Assembly (NCBI RefSeq): GCF_009914755.1
Contig: NC_060932.1
Source of the DNA: the human T2T-CHM13v2.0 reference genome, Homo sapiens
DNA length: 64,000 bases
Reading direction: 5' to 3' (one strand)
The notes under the pieces are model-generated. The model ran no database searches. It was not told the DNA's origin and saw only the letters and a list, made by a program, of their open reading frames with translations. A program made the translations under genes and the position numbers. The stretch's first letter is position 1. Each line of letters opens with the position of its first letter. This document shows, piece after piece, positions 1 to 16,227 of the stretch.

Positions 1-242
1 TATTCACATGAAGGCAACAGCAGAGCACTGAGTGTGAAGACCTGAGAATAGGGCAGGGAGACATTGATGATTGTTTCCTACATTTTCCTCTGAAGACCTC
101 TTCCCCAAAGTAAAGCAAAACAAAACAAAAAGATATGTTTTGTGTTGGAATATTTTTTAAATAACAAATACAATTTAAAATCAGATATTTGTAAAGATTT
201 TCAGCTGTATCTTCGACAAAATGGAAAATTTAAATGTTACTA

Positions 243-475
<233 letters not shown>

Positions 476-1340
476 TTATGGTGAATAACATCTTACGTCC
501 ACCCATTTACTTCTTCCAAGTGTACTTGATCTAGAACTCAAGCTGCTGCTTCTTTGCTTTTTTTTTTTTAAAGCTTCATTGCAAAGAGCATCTAATCATT
601 AGCCTCAAGAAATCAAATATTTGAAGCTGTGAAATAGGAAAACACTACCAGCTTCATTGCTGATCCAGGGGGAGGGGAGAGAGTAATGAGTAGAACAATC
701 TGTGTTTTCTGGAACACTTACAGTCAACAACTAAAAATGCATCCTGACAGGAAGGGTTTTAATAAGATCAGCATAGTGTTTGTCCTGCAGACATGCTCTG
801 AGCAAAGTGTCTCTTAGAACCAAGTATGATTAGGGAAGGGAATCTGCTCAAGTAGCAATAGGTGGGCTTTTATTTTTCAAAATCTTTGCAGATTAATAGA
901 CAGAGGGGTCATGGTTTATATGGTACCAACACCCCAATGAGTTTTTGGTTGGCTTATTTCACAGAGAGCAGAAGACAACGAAAGATTGCAGGTACCAGTT
1001 ATCAATGTGGGAGGCCCCACAAAAGACTGGGAGAGGTGACTTTGGTTTGCTGACTCTGTAGGAAACAGGGACGCAGTAGGAAAGGCCATACAGGATAAGC
1101 AATTACAGATTACCACAACGAGATGCGCTTTTCTCTTTTCATGGTTCAAACTTGCTCACTTGTGACATCATGAAGTTGGGTGCTCTCCAGAGCTGCAGGA
1201 GATCCAAGAACGGGATAAGGAATATAAAAAGCCATTCATGGGAAAGCTGCTGTCTTCAAAAGAAAAGAATGCGTAGCATAAAACGATGCCATTTAAAACT
1301 CTAAATTCATAGAGCAAGTGCGATCCTATCTTTAGGGTTT

Positions 1341-1475
1341 TCTTTTTTTTCTTTTTTCTGAAGATGAGGTCTTGCTGTGTTGCCCAAGCTGGTCTCAAAG
1401 TCCTGGGCCCAAGTGATCCTCCTGCCTTGACCTCCTAAAGTGCTGGGATTACAAGTATGAGCCACCGTGCCCAGC
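1341..1475 (-). mobile_element. FLAM/Alu left monomer
   Basis: T-tract then GTCTTGCTGTGTTGCCCAAGCTGGTCTC..GTGCTGGGATTACA..GCCACCGTGCCCAGCC. Confidence 0.85.
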
Positions 1476-1650
1476 CCTTTATGGTTTTCTGAAAAATGAA
1501 GAGGCTATTTAAGAAGACAGGAATGGATGACTATCTTTAGTTCCTTAGTTTTAAGGATCACCATACCAGATGAGGATGTTGTCTGCCAGTGACCCTGAAG
1601 ACTTTAAAGCCAGTTTTATGCCATAACCCTAAGGGAAGCAGGAGGGGAGC

Positions 1651-2006
1651 TGTATTAGTCCATTTTCATACTGCTATGAAAAAATACCCAAGACTGGGTA
1701 ATTTATAAAGAAAAAGAGGTTTGATGGACTCACATGTCTGGGGAGGCCTCGTAATCATGGCAGAAGGCAAAGGAGAAGCAAAAGCATGTCTTCCATGGTG
1801 GCAGATAAGACAGCATGTGCAGGAGAGCAGCCCTTTATAAAACCATCGGATCTTGTGAGACTTATTCACTATCATGAGAACAGCACAGGAAAAACCTGTC
1901 CCCATGATTCAATTACCTCCCACCAGGTCCCTCCCACAACATATGGGGATTATGGGAGCTACAATTCAAGATGAGGTTTGAGTGGGGACATAGCAAAACC
2001 GTATCA
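1651..2006 (-). mobile_element. MaLR solo LTR (THE1/MSTA-like)
   Basis: TGTATTAGTCCATTTTCA..CCCAAGACTGGGTAATTTATAAAGAAAAAGAGGTTT..AAACCGTATCA; 5-bp TSD GGAGC/GGAGG. Confidence 0.9.
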
Positions 2007-2477
2007 GGAGGTTTGGGTTGGGACCTCAAATTTATGTTTAAGAGCTTCACCTTTATCTTCAGATGAAGTTAAACATACAGAGATGCCTGACAAGATTAAA
2101 GTAAAATGATCCTTGTGCAATTTTGGCTTGAGTCCCATAACAAGCCCACCAGTAGTCATGTAATATGAATTAACCTTTTAATAAATTCTGGAATTACCTA
2201 GCCTTATTATACTGCATTGTATTTTGGTGTGCATATACATTAAGTCTTCACTTGTTAAAACTATGTATTTTAAAAATGAATTTACCCTATTTTGGATTGT
2301 CTTCATTAAAAGAAAATTAGAGCTACAGCCTAAAAGAATAGAAGGGACTTCCAGGCCTTTTTTAACCTTACAGAAACCTTGTCTAAAAAACCAAGTGCCC
2401 ATTTGCCAGCTATCCCTCAGACAATGACCTTGAGAAATACAACTTTATTTTTACTTTATTTTTATCTATCTATTTAG

Positions 2478-2635
2478 TTTTTTGTTTTTTGAGACAAGAA
2501 CTCATTCTGTCACCGAGGTTGGAGTGTGATGGCACAATCTTGCCTTAATGCAGCCTTGACTTCCTGGGCTCCAGCAATCCTCCCATCTCAGCCTCCTGAG
2601 TAGCTGGGACTACAGGCTTGTGCCACCACACCTGG

Positions 2636-2673
<38 letters not shown>

Positions 2674-2788
2674 GACACGGTCTAGCTATTTTGCCCATGC
2701 TGGTCTGGAACCCCTGAGCTCAAGCAATCCTCCTGCCTCAGCCTCCCAAAGCACTGGGATTACAGGCATGAACCACTGCACCCTGTCC
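2478..2788 (-). mobile_element. AluJ-like
   Basis: Antisense dimeric Alu, CpG-depleted, expanded T linker. Confidence 0.9.
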
Positions 2789-3221
2789 AACTTTTTTTTT
2801 TTTTAAAAGACTTCAGGTTCATTTCCACTTGAAAGCAATAGAAAGAAGCAAATGAAAATGCTTATTAAGAAGCAGGAAGTAGTCAGAGTGCTGCAAAACT
2901 CTTGGATTCAAGGCATGAGCATAAAATCGGATGCTTCTGAATTTGTTGGAATTACAAAGCACACTTGGCCATTGCTGTACAGGAGGTAGTTAAATTTTTG
3001 TAGAACACGAAAGACTTTGAGGCATTTTGTTCACTCGCGTCGTCTGGGATCCTGCGAAGCACATCCCTTTCCCCCCAAGATGGATGGCAGGTCCGTCGGA
3101 GGGCTCGCTCTCCGACCCCTTCACTTCCACCCTGTAAAATATGTGCAGGAATCTGCTTCTGTCTGTCCACACTTATGAGGAAGCATGAAACAGTTTGGCC
3201 TTTAGAAAGGTAAAGACATGT

Positions 3222-3618
<397 letters not shown>

Positions 3619-3852
3619 TTAGAAAAATAAGGGATATGAGAAAGTTACTTGTGTATGGCAAAACTTGTATTTGGTGAGGCGTTTTCCTCTCTTTTTTTTC
3701 AGTCTGTTTCTGAAAATGGATGGGTACTTTATTTTTCCTCTCTTCTTACTTTTTACTTGGTTTTTAGTGTGCATGGGTGGGTACTTCTTGTATCTTTAGA
3801 AACGTAAGGAATATACAATATTTTTTATAGTGTTGATGGTTTATTCTTCTCC

Positions 3853-4144
3853 TTTTTTTTTAGACTGGGTCTTGCTCTGATGCTCAGGCTGGAGTGCGGT
3901 GGCATGATCATGGATCACTGCAACCTTGACCTCCCGGGCTGAAGCGATCTTCCTGCCTCAGTCTCCTCAGTAGCTGGGACCACAGGTATGCACCACCATA
4001 TCCAGCTAATTTTTCTGGTATTTTTGTAGAGATGAGGTTTCACCATGTTGCTCAGGCTGGCCTCAAAATCTTGGGCTCAAGCAATCCTCTTGCCTCGGCT
4101 TCCCAAAGTGCTGGGATTACAGGCCTGGGCCAGCGTGCCCAGCC
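3853..4144 (-). mobile_element. AluJ-like
   Basis: Antisense Alu flanked by repeated ATGGTTTATTCTT (TSD). Confidence 0.9.
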
Positions 4145-4298
4145 AATGGTTTATTCTTGACTTGGTGCCATTCCTCATAAACTGGCAAAGCCTAAAAGAC
4201 ACCATCTATCAGAAACTTAGAACTTCGTTTGTGTTAAAAGTGCAAACAATTTAGAACAAAAATTAATCAGCAGTTTGTAATTAATAATGATGACTGTG

Positions 4299-4420
4299 TT
4301 TTTAGAGACAGGGTCTCACTATTTTGCCCAGGCTAGTCTTGAACTCCTGGGCTCAAATGATTCTCCTACCTCGGCCTCCCAAACTGCTGCAATTAAAGGC
4401 ATGAGCCACTGGGCCTGGCC
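4299..4420 (-). mobile_element. FLAM/Alu left monomer
   Basis: AGAGACAGGGTCTCACTATTTTGCCCAGGCTAGTCTTGAACTCCTGGGCTCAA.. Confidence 0.85.
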
Positions 4421-4674
4421 AACAACAGTAAATTTTAAAGGGAAAATATATCAAGCACAACAATAAAATTCAACAATGATGAATTTTAGGGGAAAAATAC
4501 ACCAAGCACAATAATTTTGTGGTGAAATGAAATTACACACAATATCATTCATATTTTAAATAGGTTGATTTTGACTTGGAAAGTATTCAAATGAAACACT
4601 GACTTAATTTAATTTTTTTTTGAAAATTCTCTATCTCCCTTACTCTAAAGGCCTATACCATTTTATTTCTGTAA

Positions 4675-5073
<399 letters not shown>

Positions 5074-5253
5074 TAAAGACTTGAACCCTCACGCAGTGGG
5101 GACAATCAAGTGCGGAAGCCTCCTCTTTATGTCTGGAGGCCTCTGCAGGACCCAAAAGAGCAATCTCTTATTTGTCCCTTAACCACAGCCACATACCGGG
5201 TGAAATGCCAAGTAAATGTTTGTTAACAGAGGTGTCCAAGCGCAAGTCACTCT

Positions 5254-5550
5254 TTTTTTTCTTTTTTTTTGAGGCAGAGGCTCCTTCTGTTGCCCAGGCT
5301 GGAGTGCAGTGGCGCAATCTGAGCTCACTGCAACCCCCACCTCCTGGGTCCAAGTGATTATTCTGCCTCAGCCTCCCAAGTAGCTGGGACTACAGGCATG
5401 AGCCACCCCGCCCTGCTAATTTTTGTATTTTTAGTAGAGATGGGGTTTCACCATATTGGCCAGGCTGGTCTTGAACTCCTGACATCGTGATCCGCCTGCC
5501 TCAGCCTCCCAAAGTGTTGGGATTACAGGCGTGAGCCACCGCGCCCAGCC
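5254..5550 (-). mobile_element. AluS
   Basis: Full antisense Alu. Confidence 0.9.
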
Positions 5551-5619
5551 TATGCAAGCCATTCTTTAGGTTCTCTGGAAGTGTGCTTGTTATTTATTAA
5601 ATGCCCACAGTAGGTCAGA

Positions 5620-5800
5620 GAGTCAATGAATTTCAGAGCTGGAAGGGATTTTAGAGGTGACTTGGTCCAAACCCTTCATTTTATAAATAAGGAAACCGAG
5701 ATCCAGAGAGAAGGGCCCTGCCCAAGGTCAAACACGTAGTGCTCAGTAGAACTGGAAATAAAACTTCCAGCCCAGGGCTGTTTCTGCCTACCACAACTGC
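5620..5800 (-). mobile_element. MIR
   Basis: TTTCAGAGCTGGAAGGGA..CATTTTATAAATAAGGAAACCGAGATCCAGAGAG..CCCAAGGTCA MIR core. Confidence 0.65.
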
Positions 5801-7722
5801 ATTATGCCTTATCAGACCTGATCTCTGCTCTCTAGAAATTTATAATTTAATTATATCAAATATTTGTAGTTTAAGATATTTGCATAATCAGAATGATAGA
5901 GCTGAGATTTGCTTTTGGATTTAGGGAGAAACTGTGATAAGATGACCAAAATAAGCAGAAAAATGAACACTCCTAGTATTTTAAAAAGTGATTTGACATT
6001 ATTTATATTCTACCTTGTTCCAAAGAGGCTTTAAGAAGCTTTAAGACGGAATACAATGTAACAAGATAGAAGAAAAGTACTATAAAAACAAGAACAATGG
6101 TGATAAGAAAAACAAAGGTAAAGTCAGTTGGGAACCACAGGGAGATTTGCATAGCAAATGCATGCCATAAAGCCCTAAATATTCGCTAGAGGGAGACCAC
6201 AAATTCGCTAAGCCTTGTGGCAAGAAGGAAAGTGTCAACTGTTGCATGATTCCCAGCTCCCAGAAAAAAACCACACCAGCCCTGGAAAAGCACAACTCTT
6301 TTTACTAACGAGGCCTGGGAGAAAGTTCTCCCCTATGTCCTCATATACCCTGAAGTATATTAGGGTAAACTGGAATTGTAATCACAGCTTGTCTGAGGGC
6401 TTGAGGATCATCCAGTTCAACTCGCTCTCCAAGAACTGGAACAGTCGCTTCTCAAGGTCACACCACCATACTGGGTGTCTGCATTTGAAGAAGGAAGCCA
6501 GGGAAGCTCTTGCACACACAATAGACCTCAGAAGGTCAGGATGTATCTGGGTGTAGACACAGATGCCCTTTTACCTGACCATGGAGTCCTTTTCCTTCCC
6601 TTACGGCATCCAGGTCCTCCAAGTTGGTGCCCCACCCCCAGCAGTCAAGAAGACTTCCCAAGGGAGTCCCCCAAGGCCCCAGAAGGGAGGCTGTCAAAGA
6701 AGGAGGATAGAACCTGGGGCCAACTTCTAACATGGGTATTTATCCTGACCTGCTGGCAGGATTGGTTAAAAAAATGTAGAAATTATTTCCAAGGGCAAAA
6801 GGCAAAAGCCCATTTAGGGCTCTAAATACCCAGTATATCATAGAGGGAGGCCAAATTACTGCTTGAGGAGGGAAGGGAAGAGACAAGGGAGGATACTGGG
6901 GAGGACAGAGGAGCCCATTCTACCATTTCCCCCTTAGAGAAAACACAAAAGAAAATACCTGTGTGTCTTTGACATAAAAAGGTTGGAAAAAAGGTGTGTT
7001 TAAGTTGCTTTGCAGCAATGGTGGGGGGAAACCTATTAATTTCAGAAAGGTGATTTATATTTTAGTTTCTATTTCTCATTTTGTCTTCTGGTCTACCTAG
7101 GATTTCTATTGAGAACAATAAAGTGGAACTTGGATCAGCTCAAAAATATTTAGGATGATAGCCTACCGTATTGGGGAAAAGAAATACATAGCCACATAGA
7201 AAAATTATGTTTTCAGTTTTAAACTTTTTTCTTTGCTCTTGGTTACCAAAGTACTACATAATTGCTGTGGGAAATGCAGGAAATAAACTTTAGAGGAGTA
7301 CAGGATAAAAATCCCCTGTAATCTGATCCATAAAAATGTTCTAGTACATTTTTTTTGTTTTTGTTTCTATGCATTTTTTTTAAATGAAATTAAGATTCAG
7401 TTACAGAATTAATTAATTTGAAAATCAATTTCAAGTTGCAGGACAGTTATTGGATTTGCTTCTTGTTATCCTTCTCTAAGCCTGGAAGATTGGATTTCCT
7501 CTGGAAATTAGTTTGTGAGGTTTGACTATACAGTAATGATGCTGATTTATAGCAAGTCTCCTAGCACTTAACTGTCTAAATTAGCATGTCCTCTTCCAAG
7601 TAACTTGGGAGACAGTGATAGGATACCACCATGCATTTATTTTAACGTAGCTGACTTTGCTTTTAATGTTTTGGAATTCTTCTTTTGGTACATTACTTTC
7701 TGAGTCTATGGCACTTTGTTTC

Positions 7723-7765
<43 letters not shown>

Positions 7766-7782
7766 GTGTGTGTGTGTGTGTG
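7723..7782. repeat. (TG)n microsatellite forming Alu tail
   Basis: Direct reading: TG run with TA interruptions. Confidence 0.95.
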
Positions 7783-8086
<304 letters not shown>

Positions 8087-9175
8087 TGACAAGTTCTCCT
8101 CTTTTGAGGGTGGGTTTGATATTTAGAAACTGCCAAAAGTTATCAGGGATCAGGTTGGATGAATAAGGCAACTGATCCCTCAAACTGGGCAATATTGTTT
8201 TTGGTTGGGTACATGTTGGGTCCAAAATGCCATGAAACTGACTTTCTCATGCAGTAAAGCATTTTGAAGAGGAAATGTTTTAGTGGAAAGATTTACCCTC
8301 TATGAATCCCAAAGACTTCTATAGTGTAGAGTGAAGATTGTTTCTGCAGGACTAATTCACATTGGGTTTTCTGACTTGTAATTATACTTTTGGTGGCCCA
8401 AAGCTATTTGTTTTACATGCTTCATGATAATTCCATTCTCAGCTTCTAGCAAAGCAAAAGTATTTCATATTTAAATGTAAGACAGTCACTGATGCAAATT
8501 TGTTCTTTACCAATTAATTAGCTAAAACTACATTTACCATTACCATTATCTTGAGACGTAGAAGGCTGCTTCATGCTTTAATTATCCTGTTACTCATTTA
8601 TAATGTTCTTTCTATTCATTTCAGCTTGAACATTCTTTCCCTATTTTCTTCATCAATCTGGTAGCGTAAAAGAGAAAATTAGATGGCCCTGTTGTCAGTG
8701 GATTAATATTTCTGAAGTTTGCAGAGTCATGTGTAGTTTTTTGACTCTTCAAGCTTGCGTAATATTTTAAGCGCACAGTATAACTCTTCACAATGTTCTT
8801 TTATCATGTTTCTTATATCTGACAGCAGATTATAAGCTTTTTATAAAAACAATTCAAGGATCTTAGTAAACACCTAGAAGAGCCAACGATATTTCCCTTT
8901 ATATATATATTTTCCCTACAAACTCTTCTTTCTTCCTGAGAAGTTGAGTTATTATATATAAACAGTGTGGCTGGGGAAAAAACCAAATATATACATATAT
9001 TAAAAAAAATTTTTTTGCTGTCTCATTGCTGTTCATTAGTTTTCTTATTCCTTAAGACTAGCTTCCTTTTCTTCACTTAAATTTTTTTTCCTTTCTTGAT
9101 TTGGTCAATTTTAAGAATTCTGTAGCAAGAAAAAACAAGTACTATATTGTCTGTGTGCATATTGTGCTGTGATTT

Positions 9176-9913
9176 TGTTCCTGAAACACCAGGGATTCAG
9201 TCTAGGCCCTCCTGCTAACCGCACAGAGAGCCAATCACTGAGATGACAAGTATTGCCAAGGAAGAAGGCTTTAATCGGGTGACGCAAGAGATGGGAGCTC
9301 AGCCCCAAATCCATCTCCCTGACTGATTAAAACCCAGGGTTTTACAGCAGAGAAGAAATGCAACAATGTGTAAGAAAACAAGAACTAGGGGAGGGGCAAG
9401 GAGGCATCTGGTGCCTCGATCTGGTGAGTTTTAGTTTTTGATACTTTCTTTGAGAGGCCTGAAGTTCCTTTCCTGAGGAAGGAACTCAGATAAAACAAAT
9501 ACCAGTTTCTGTGCTTCTCGCTGCACAGAAAGCCAATCACTGAGACAACCATTGCCAAGGAAGAATGCTTTAATCTGGCACTGCAGTCAAGGAGATAGGA
9601 GATCTGTCTCAAATCCATCTCCCTAAGCGACTAAAATGAGGGATTTATATAGCTGGGAAGAAATGTAGCTATGCGTGAGAAAACGGGAATTTGGGAGGGG
9701 TAAGGAAGCAATCATGATGAATGAGGGGTCCAGCATCTCATTGTCTGGATAAAATGATCTGGTGAGTTTTAGTTCTTTGATACTTTTTGAGAGGGCTGGG
9801 GTTCTTTCCTGAGGCAAGAACTCAGATAAAACAAATGTAAGTTTTAAGCTTTAAGACCAGAAGGGTCAATTTCTATGTTTATCCAAAACAACAACAACTA
9901 CTATTACTATTAT

Positions 9914-9956
<43 letters not shown>

Positions 9957-9983
9957 GTGTATGGAACTGCTGGGTTGGTTTCA
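9176..9983 (-). mobile_element. ERV1-class LTR (LTR26-like), internally duplicated
   Basis: TG..CA termini; minus strand begins TGAAACCAACCC..GGATAAACATAGAAATTGACCCTTCTGGTCTTAAAGCTT; ~300-bp segment present twice; subfamily recalled, not verified. Confidence 0.7.
9887..9955. repeat. (CAA)n(CTA)n microsatellite inside LTR
   Basis: Direct reading ACTACTACT.. Confidence 0.95.
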
Positions 9984-10506
9984 CATAGATCTCTGGAAAT
10001 ATAAACAAAACCTGCTTACATTGCTTGTCTTGGAGAGAAATTGTACAGCAGGAGGTGGGGAGGGAAGGAAACTTGACCACATATCTTTTTTGAACCTTTT
10101 GAGTTTTGGACCATGAAGAATGCAATGCCAATTACTAATTTAAAAACCAAAATAACTACCAGTTTAAAAAAAGAGAAAAATCAAGGAAAAAGAAAAAAAA
10201 TACTCTCTCTGTTGGTCTGAATCTGGAATTTGGAGTGAAGATCAAAAGAAAACCATTCCCTTTCTTGCTAACTCCATCTCTTCTTCTCTATTTCTCTTTC
10301 ACTTTGGCCAATAACTTTTAGCTTTGACTGATGCAATGGGAACTGAGAATCCACAGGTAGTGAAGGCATTAAGAGTCCTCAAGCTGCCACTAACCTCTGC
10401 AGGCTCCTCGGTAGACAGATATGAGTCCTTCACAGAACACAGACACAGGCCAGCTCCTTTGGCTTGCTCATCATGGCCTTATCCTGTACATGTGGCAAGT
10501 AAATAG

Positions 10507-11111
<605 letters not shown>

Positions 11112-11112
11112 T

Positions 11113-11398
<286 letters not shown>

Positions 11399-11660
11399 AG
11401 AGAAAGTATTATAATTATAAGTGACTCAGATGCTCAGTCAACAGTGTGATAGTGTGAGTTTAAAATTCAATGCACATCGATTACCTTAAAATAAAGACAC
11501 CAAGTTTTGGAATCAGGAAGTAGAAGCTCCTTTTGCTCACTCAGATCAGCCTGCAGTATCAGAACAGTACCTTCTAAGCACATTTACAGGTCAGAGTGCA
11601 TCTGGAGCTGTGATTTTCAAACTATGAGTTGCTACCCATGAATGAGTATGAATCCCATTA

Positions 11661-11997
<337 letters not shown>

Positions 11998-12904
11998 TAT
12001 TGCATACAATAGAGTAGGATAGAGTTGAATGAGAAAATATATGAGTTTATGGCAGCTAATGAGGCTAAATATTGTTTTATGAAACTTCTGTTTCAGTTCT
12101 ATGTATGTTTATGTGTACCAATCATATATAAAATGAATTTATTTCTGTAGGTCATAGTCAACAAAGTTCAAGAAACACTAATGTAGAGAAAAATATCCTG
12201 ATGGTGAGAGAGACAGGTACCTGGTTACTTAAGAAACAGTTGCAACCATCAGGAATGTTTAGCTTGAGGAGAAGACTAACAGACAAAAAAACTGTCTTCC
12301 ATTAGTAGATGGACTATCATGAAAAGAACGACTTTGTTCTCTGTTATTTCAGGAGATGGGGGTTTAGGGGAAGGAGTTTTTGTTCACTATCCAGACGAAC
12401 TATCTGACAATTGGAGCTGTCCATCAATGGAACTGCAAAATAACACACTGTAGGAGTGCTTAAGCACAAGACAGGAGACCATCTGTCAGGGTTACTTGGC
12501 AGAGATTTCTACATGGGGAGAGAGGGTTGAATTAGACATCCTTGAATGTCCCTTTCAACTCAAAGTTTCAACTATTCTATTTTCTCCTGTGGGGGTGTTT
12601 GAATTTCATAAGTTTGTGCTTCAGATCAGGTGATTAATTCAGCAGACGCTTTAAACAAGTAGTTATGGCCTGTGAGCGGAAACACACAAAAATGCAATTC
12701 ACTAATTTGCTGATTATTCTTATAACATCATGCATCACATTCAATTTTTAGCAATGACATATCTGTTTTACTGGTGAGATTACTGAGGTCACTTGGATAC
12801 TTGGGTAGAAATAAGAATATAGTCCAAGCTTCCTGAATTCTAAGTTTTACACTTAACTATGGCAGCCTCTCAACCTTGAACATTAGCACTGACATTAGTC
12901 AGGT

Positions 12905-13350
12905 TGTGGCAGAGACCCCTGGATTCTGACCTTAATATCTGTTCTCCTTGCTTGTAGCAGAACTGCCAGTTTTTACCTCAGCCGATGACTATGCACTGTA
13001 AATACCATATTTCCCAAGCTCCCTTGCAGCTACATGTTGTTGACTGGACTCAGTGGTGTCCAACATAATATGAGTGGAAGGCAGTGCCTGGGAAACTTGA
13101 CAGAAAGATGGCTGATATATGCTCTTAGTCTCTTTACTTCTTCCCCTTTCCCTTTATTCTTCCTCTTAAGTGGGTTTTGAGCAGCCATCTTGAACTGTGA
13201 GGTGGGAACCATGTGCTGAGGAGAGTGGAGCGTGGGTGGCCAAACCCCTGCAATAGCTGTACTAGCCCTACAGTGGATCTTCCACAGGACAGAGAAAGAA
13301 AGGAAGAAACTTCTGTCTTATGTAAGCTAATGCTATTTGTTATGTGCAAG
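12905..13350 (+). mobile_element. Old MaLR LTR (MLT1J/I-like)
   Basis: TGTGGCAGA..TTTCCCAAGCTCCCTTGCAGCTA..GCAGCCATCTTG..CTTATGTAAGC motifs. Confidence 0.6.
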
Positions 13351-14112
13351 GTTAATTGATAATTGTTATGTGCAAGGTTAATTGAGAAAAACGTTTTGTT
13401 TTCTCCTACAAAAAACGTTTTTTTGTAGGAGAAAGATTAACCACTCTTTCTCACTTGTGGATATTGGGTGCCCAACCCTTATTTGCTGCAACAGTGACAG
13501 GAAGTCAGATTTTAGGTGACTGTGATTCTGGACAGAACCCAGATTTCAGAGAACTCAGAAAACTTCTACAACCCTTCTCATTGTCTCAAGACAAGGGGAG
13601 TCTGAGATGTTCTGCCTGTGTTCACACAGTCTGGCTGAAAGGATATTACAGAGTCCTTGTGCAAAGAGCACGAAGATGGAACTTTCCCATTCTACTGCTA
13701 CTGTCTCCTTTTAAATTTGCAGTAACAAGTACAATCTGCTAGATCTTCTGGTCAGACTGATTCTATAGCCAGACTTGTAACTTCATCTGGTGACTCAAAA
13801 TCCCTGTAATATTTGAGGATAACAGACAGTAAACTTTTTGAGTCCTGATTCTGTGCTCTACCCATAGTGGTATTCAGTGGTCCTCCTTGGTGATCCTTAG
13901 GAATAAATGTGATATATTGGAAGTTGGTATGACACATATATGTCCTCTATTAATGTATAATGTTAGAACAGAGAAAAAGTATTAGAAAGGTAAGTCATGG
14001 TTTTAAGGATGTGATTTATATAGGAACCAAATTTGAAGGGTTTGTGACATTATGGAGCCTTGATCTAAAGTATGAGGCTCTGCTAAGAGTTTCTTTAAGA
14101 AGTTCATTTTGT

Positions 14113-14426
<314 letters not shown>

Positions 14427-14968
14427 TTAAATAGTCACTTATAGTAAGAGGCATCAAAGAAAATTAGCATAGACCTCTAAAATTTGACTGTAACACACAC
14501 ATCTTCTTCTTCTGTCTCTCCTTTAAAGTGAGCCACCAGGCTATCACTCTCATAAAAACAAAGAGTAATCTCTACTACACTATTGAAGCAGAATTGCTTT
14601 ATTTACTTTTCGGAGCAAATTCTTTCAGAAGGATTTTTTTTTTTTTTTTGGTGAATATCTTTAACATGAGAGATACGTGATGAAACCACAATCACTAAAT
14701 ATCCATAAAGATGAAATGTGTCAAGTGATGAGAACAGGAATCTCTTGCTTCATATTTGGGCTCCCCCTGTGTCACTTTGGGCCGATCAAGTCTCACAATG
14801 CTTCAGTTTCACCAACTATCAGGGGAAAGTAGTACCTACTTCTCAAAGCTAGAAATGCATTATTGTCTTGATTTGAAGTCCATTCTCATTACCACAAATA
14901 TTTTATGAGAAAAAGAATCATTTTGAGCCTTGGTAGCTAGTTGTTTTGATAAAATTCTGGAGGAACAA

Positions 14969-15319
<351 letters not shown>

Positions 15320-15671
15320 TTACGTTTGGTCTGCACTAAATCATCACAAAGGCCAGATCTAATTTAAATGAGATGCCTCTAAAATTCTGCCAGCTTGACG
15401 AACTTCACTTACAGGAGTTTGCTGACAAAGAGGTATTTCTCTCCTGCCCCAGCAGAACGCTGCATTACTCATTCTCAGCCTTTCCTCCCAGGTAACCCCA
15501 CCCAGACTTCACCAAATAAGGCAATCCTTCGAGTGAGCTTTCCTCCTGTTGACTGGAATTGTTTAGTGAACAGGAGGATTTTTAAAGGGGTAGCTGGTTC
15601 TATTTAGAGGTCATTTCCTTTTTGATATTTTGGATTCCTTATCCAGAGAGAAGATTAGCAGCATGTAGGAT

Positions 15672-15800
15672 GCTGGTTCTCAGAAGCTTGGGGCACAACA
15701 GAATCACTTGGGGAAATTTAAAAATATATTGGCCTGGGCATTGCGGTTTGTAAATGTTGCCCAAGTGACTAATGTGTGTGTCTGTTGGGGAGAGAGGAGT
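15672..15800. mobile_element. MER5-like hAT DNA transposon fragment
   Basis: GGTTCTCA..CAGAATCACTTGGGGA..CCCAAGTGACTAATGTG resembles MER5A. Confidence 0.45.
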
Positions 15801-16227
15801 TGTTAAGAATTGATGTTACTTGCGCTCTCTGAATTCCAGAAGCCACAGCCAATAGTAAAATTAGCTGTTACTAATTAAGCACTTGCAGGGCCAAGCACTC
15901 TGGAAAGTGCTTTACATACATGATGTCATTGTATCCTCACCACAACTGAGTCAAGCCCTGGTGATAATCTTCATCATCTGTCTAATACAGCAAATATTTA
16001 TTGAACACCATTATTGTTCTAGGCATCACTGTGAATACATAGATGAGTAAGATGGGTCATGCACTTGAAAAGTTAATAATCTAAGATGGGATGATAATCA
16101 GGGTTCATTATAACTATAATATAATGCAGAATACTTTTCGTGAGAGAATGTAAGTTACTAACAAAGTTCAAAGCAGGGAAAGTATACTATAGATTGGAGA
16201 TGTCAAGACCAGTGACGTTTGAGGCTC

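Noticed and set aside
9220-9837. Repeated units as possible CRISPR-like or novel array
   Set aside because: Only two long diverged copies exist within an LTR in eukaryotic DNA, with no repeat-spacer structure.
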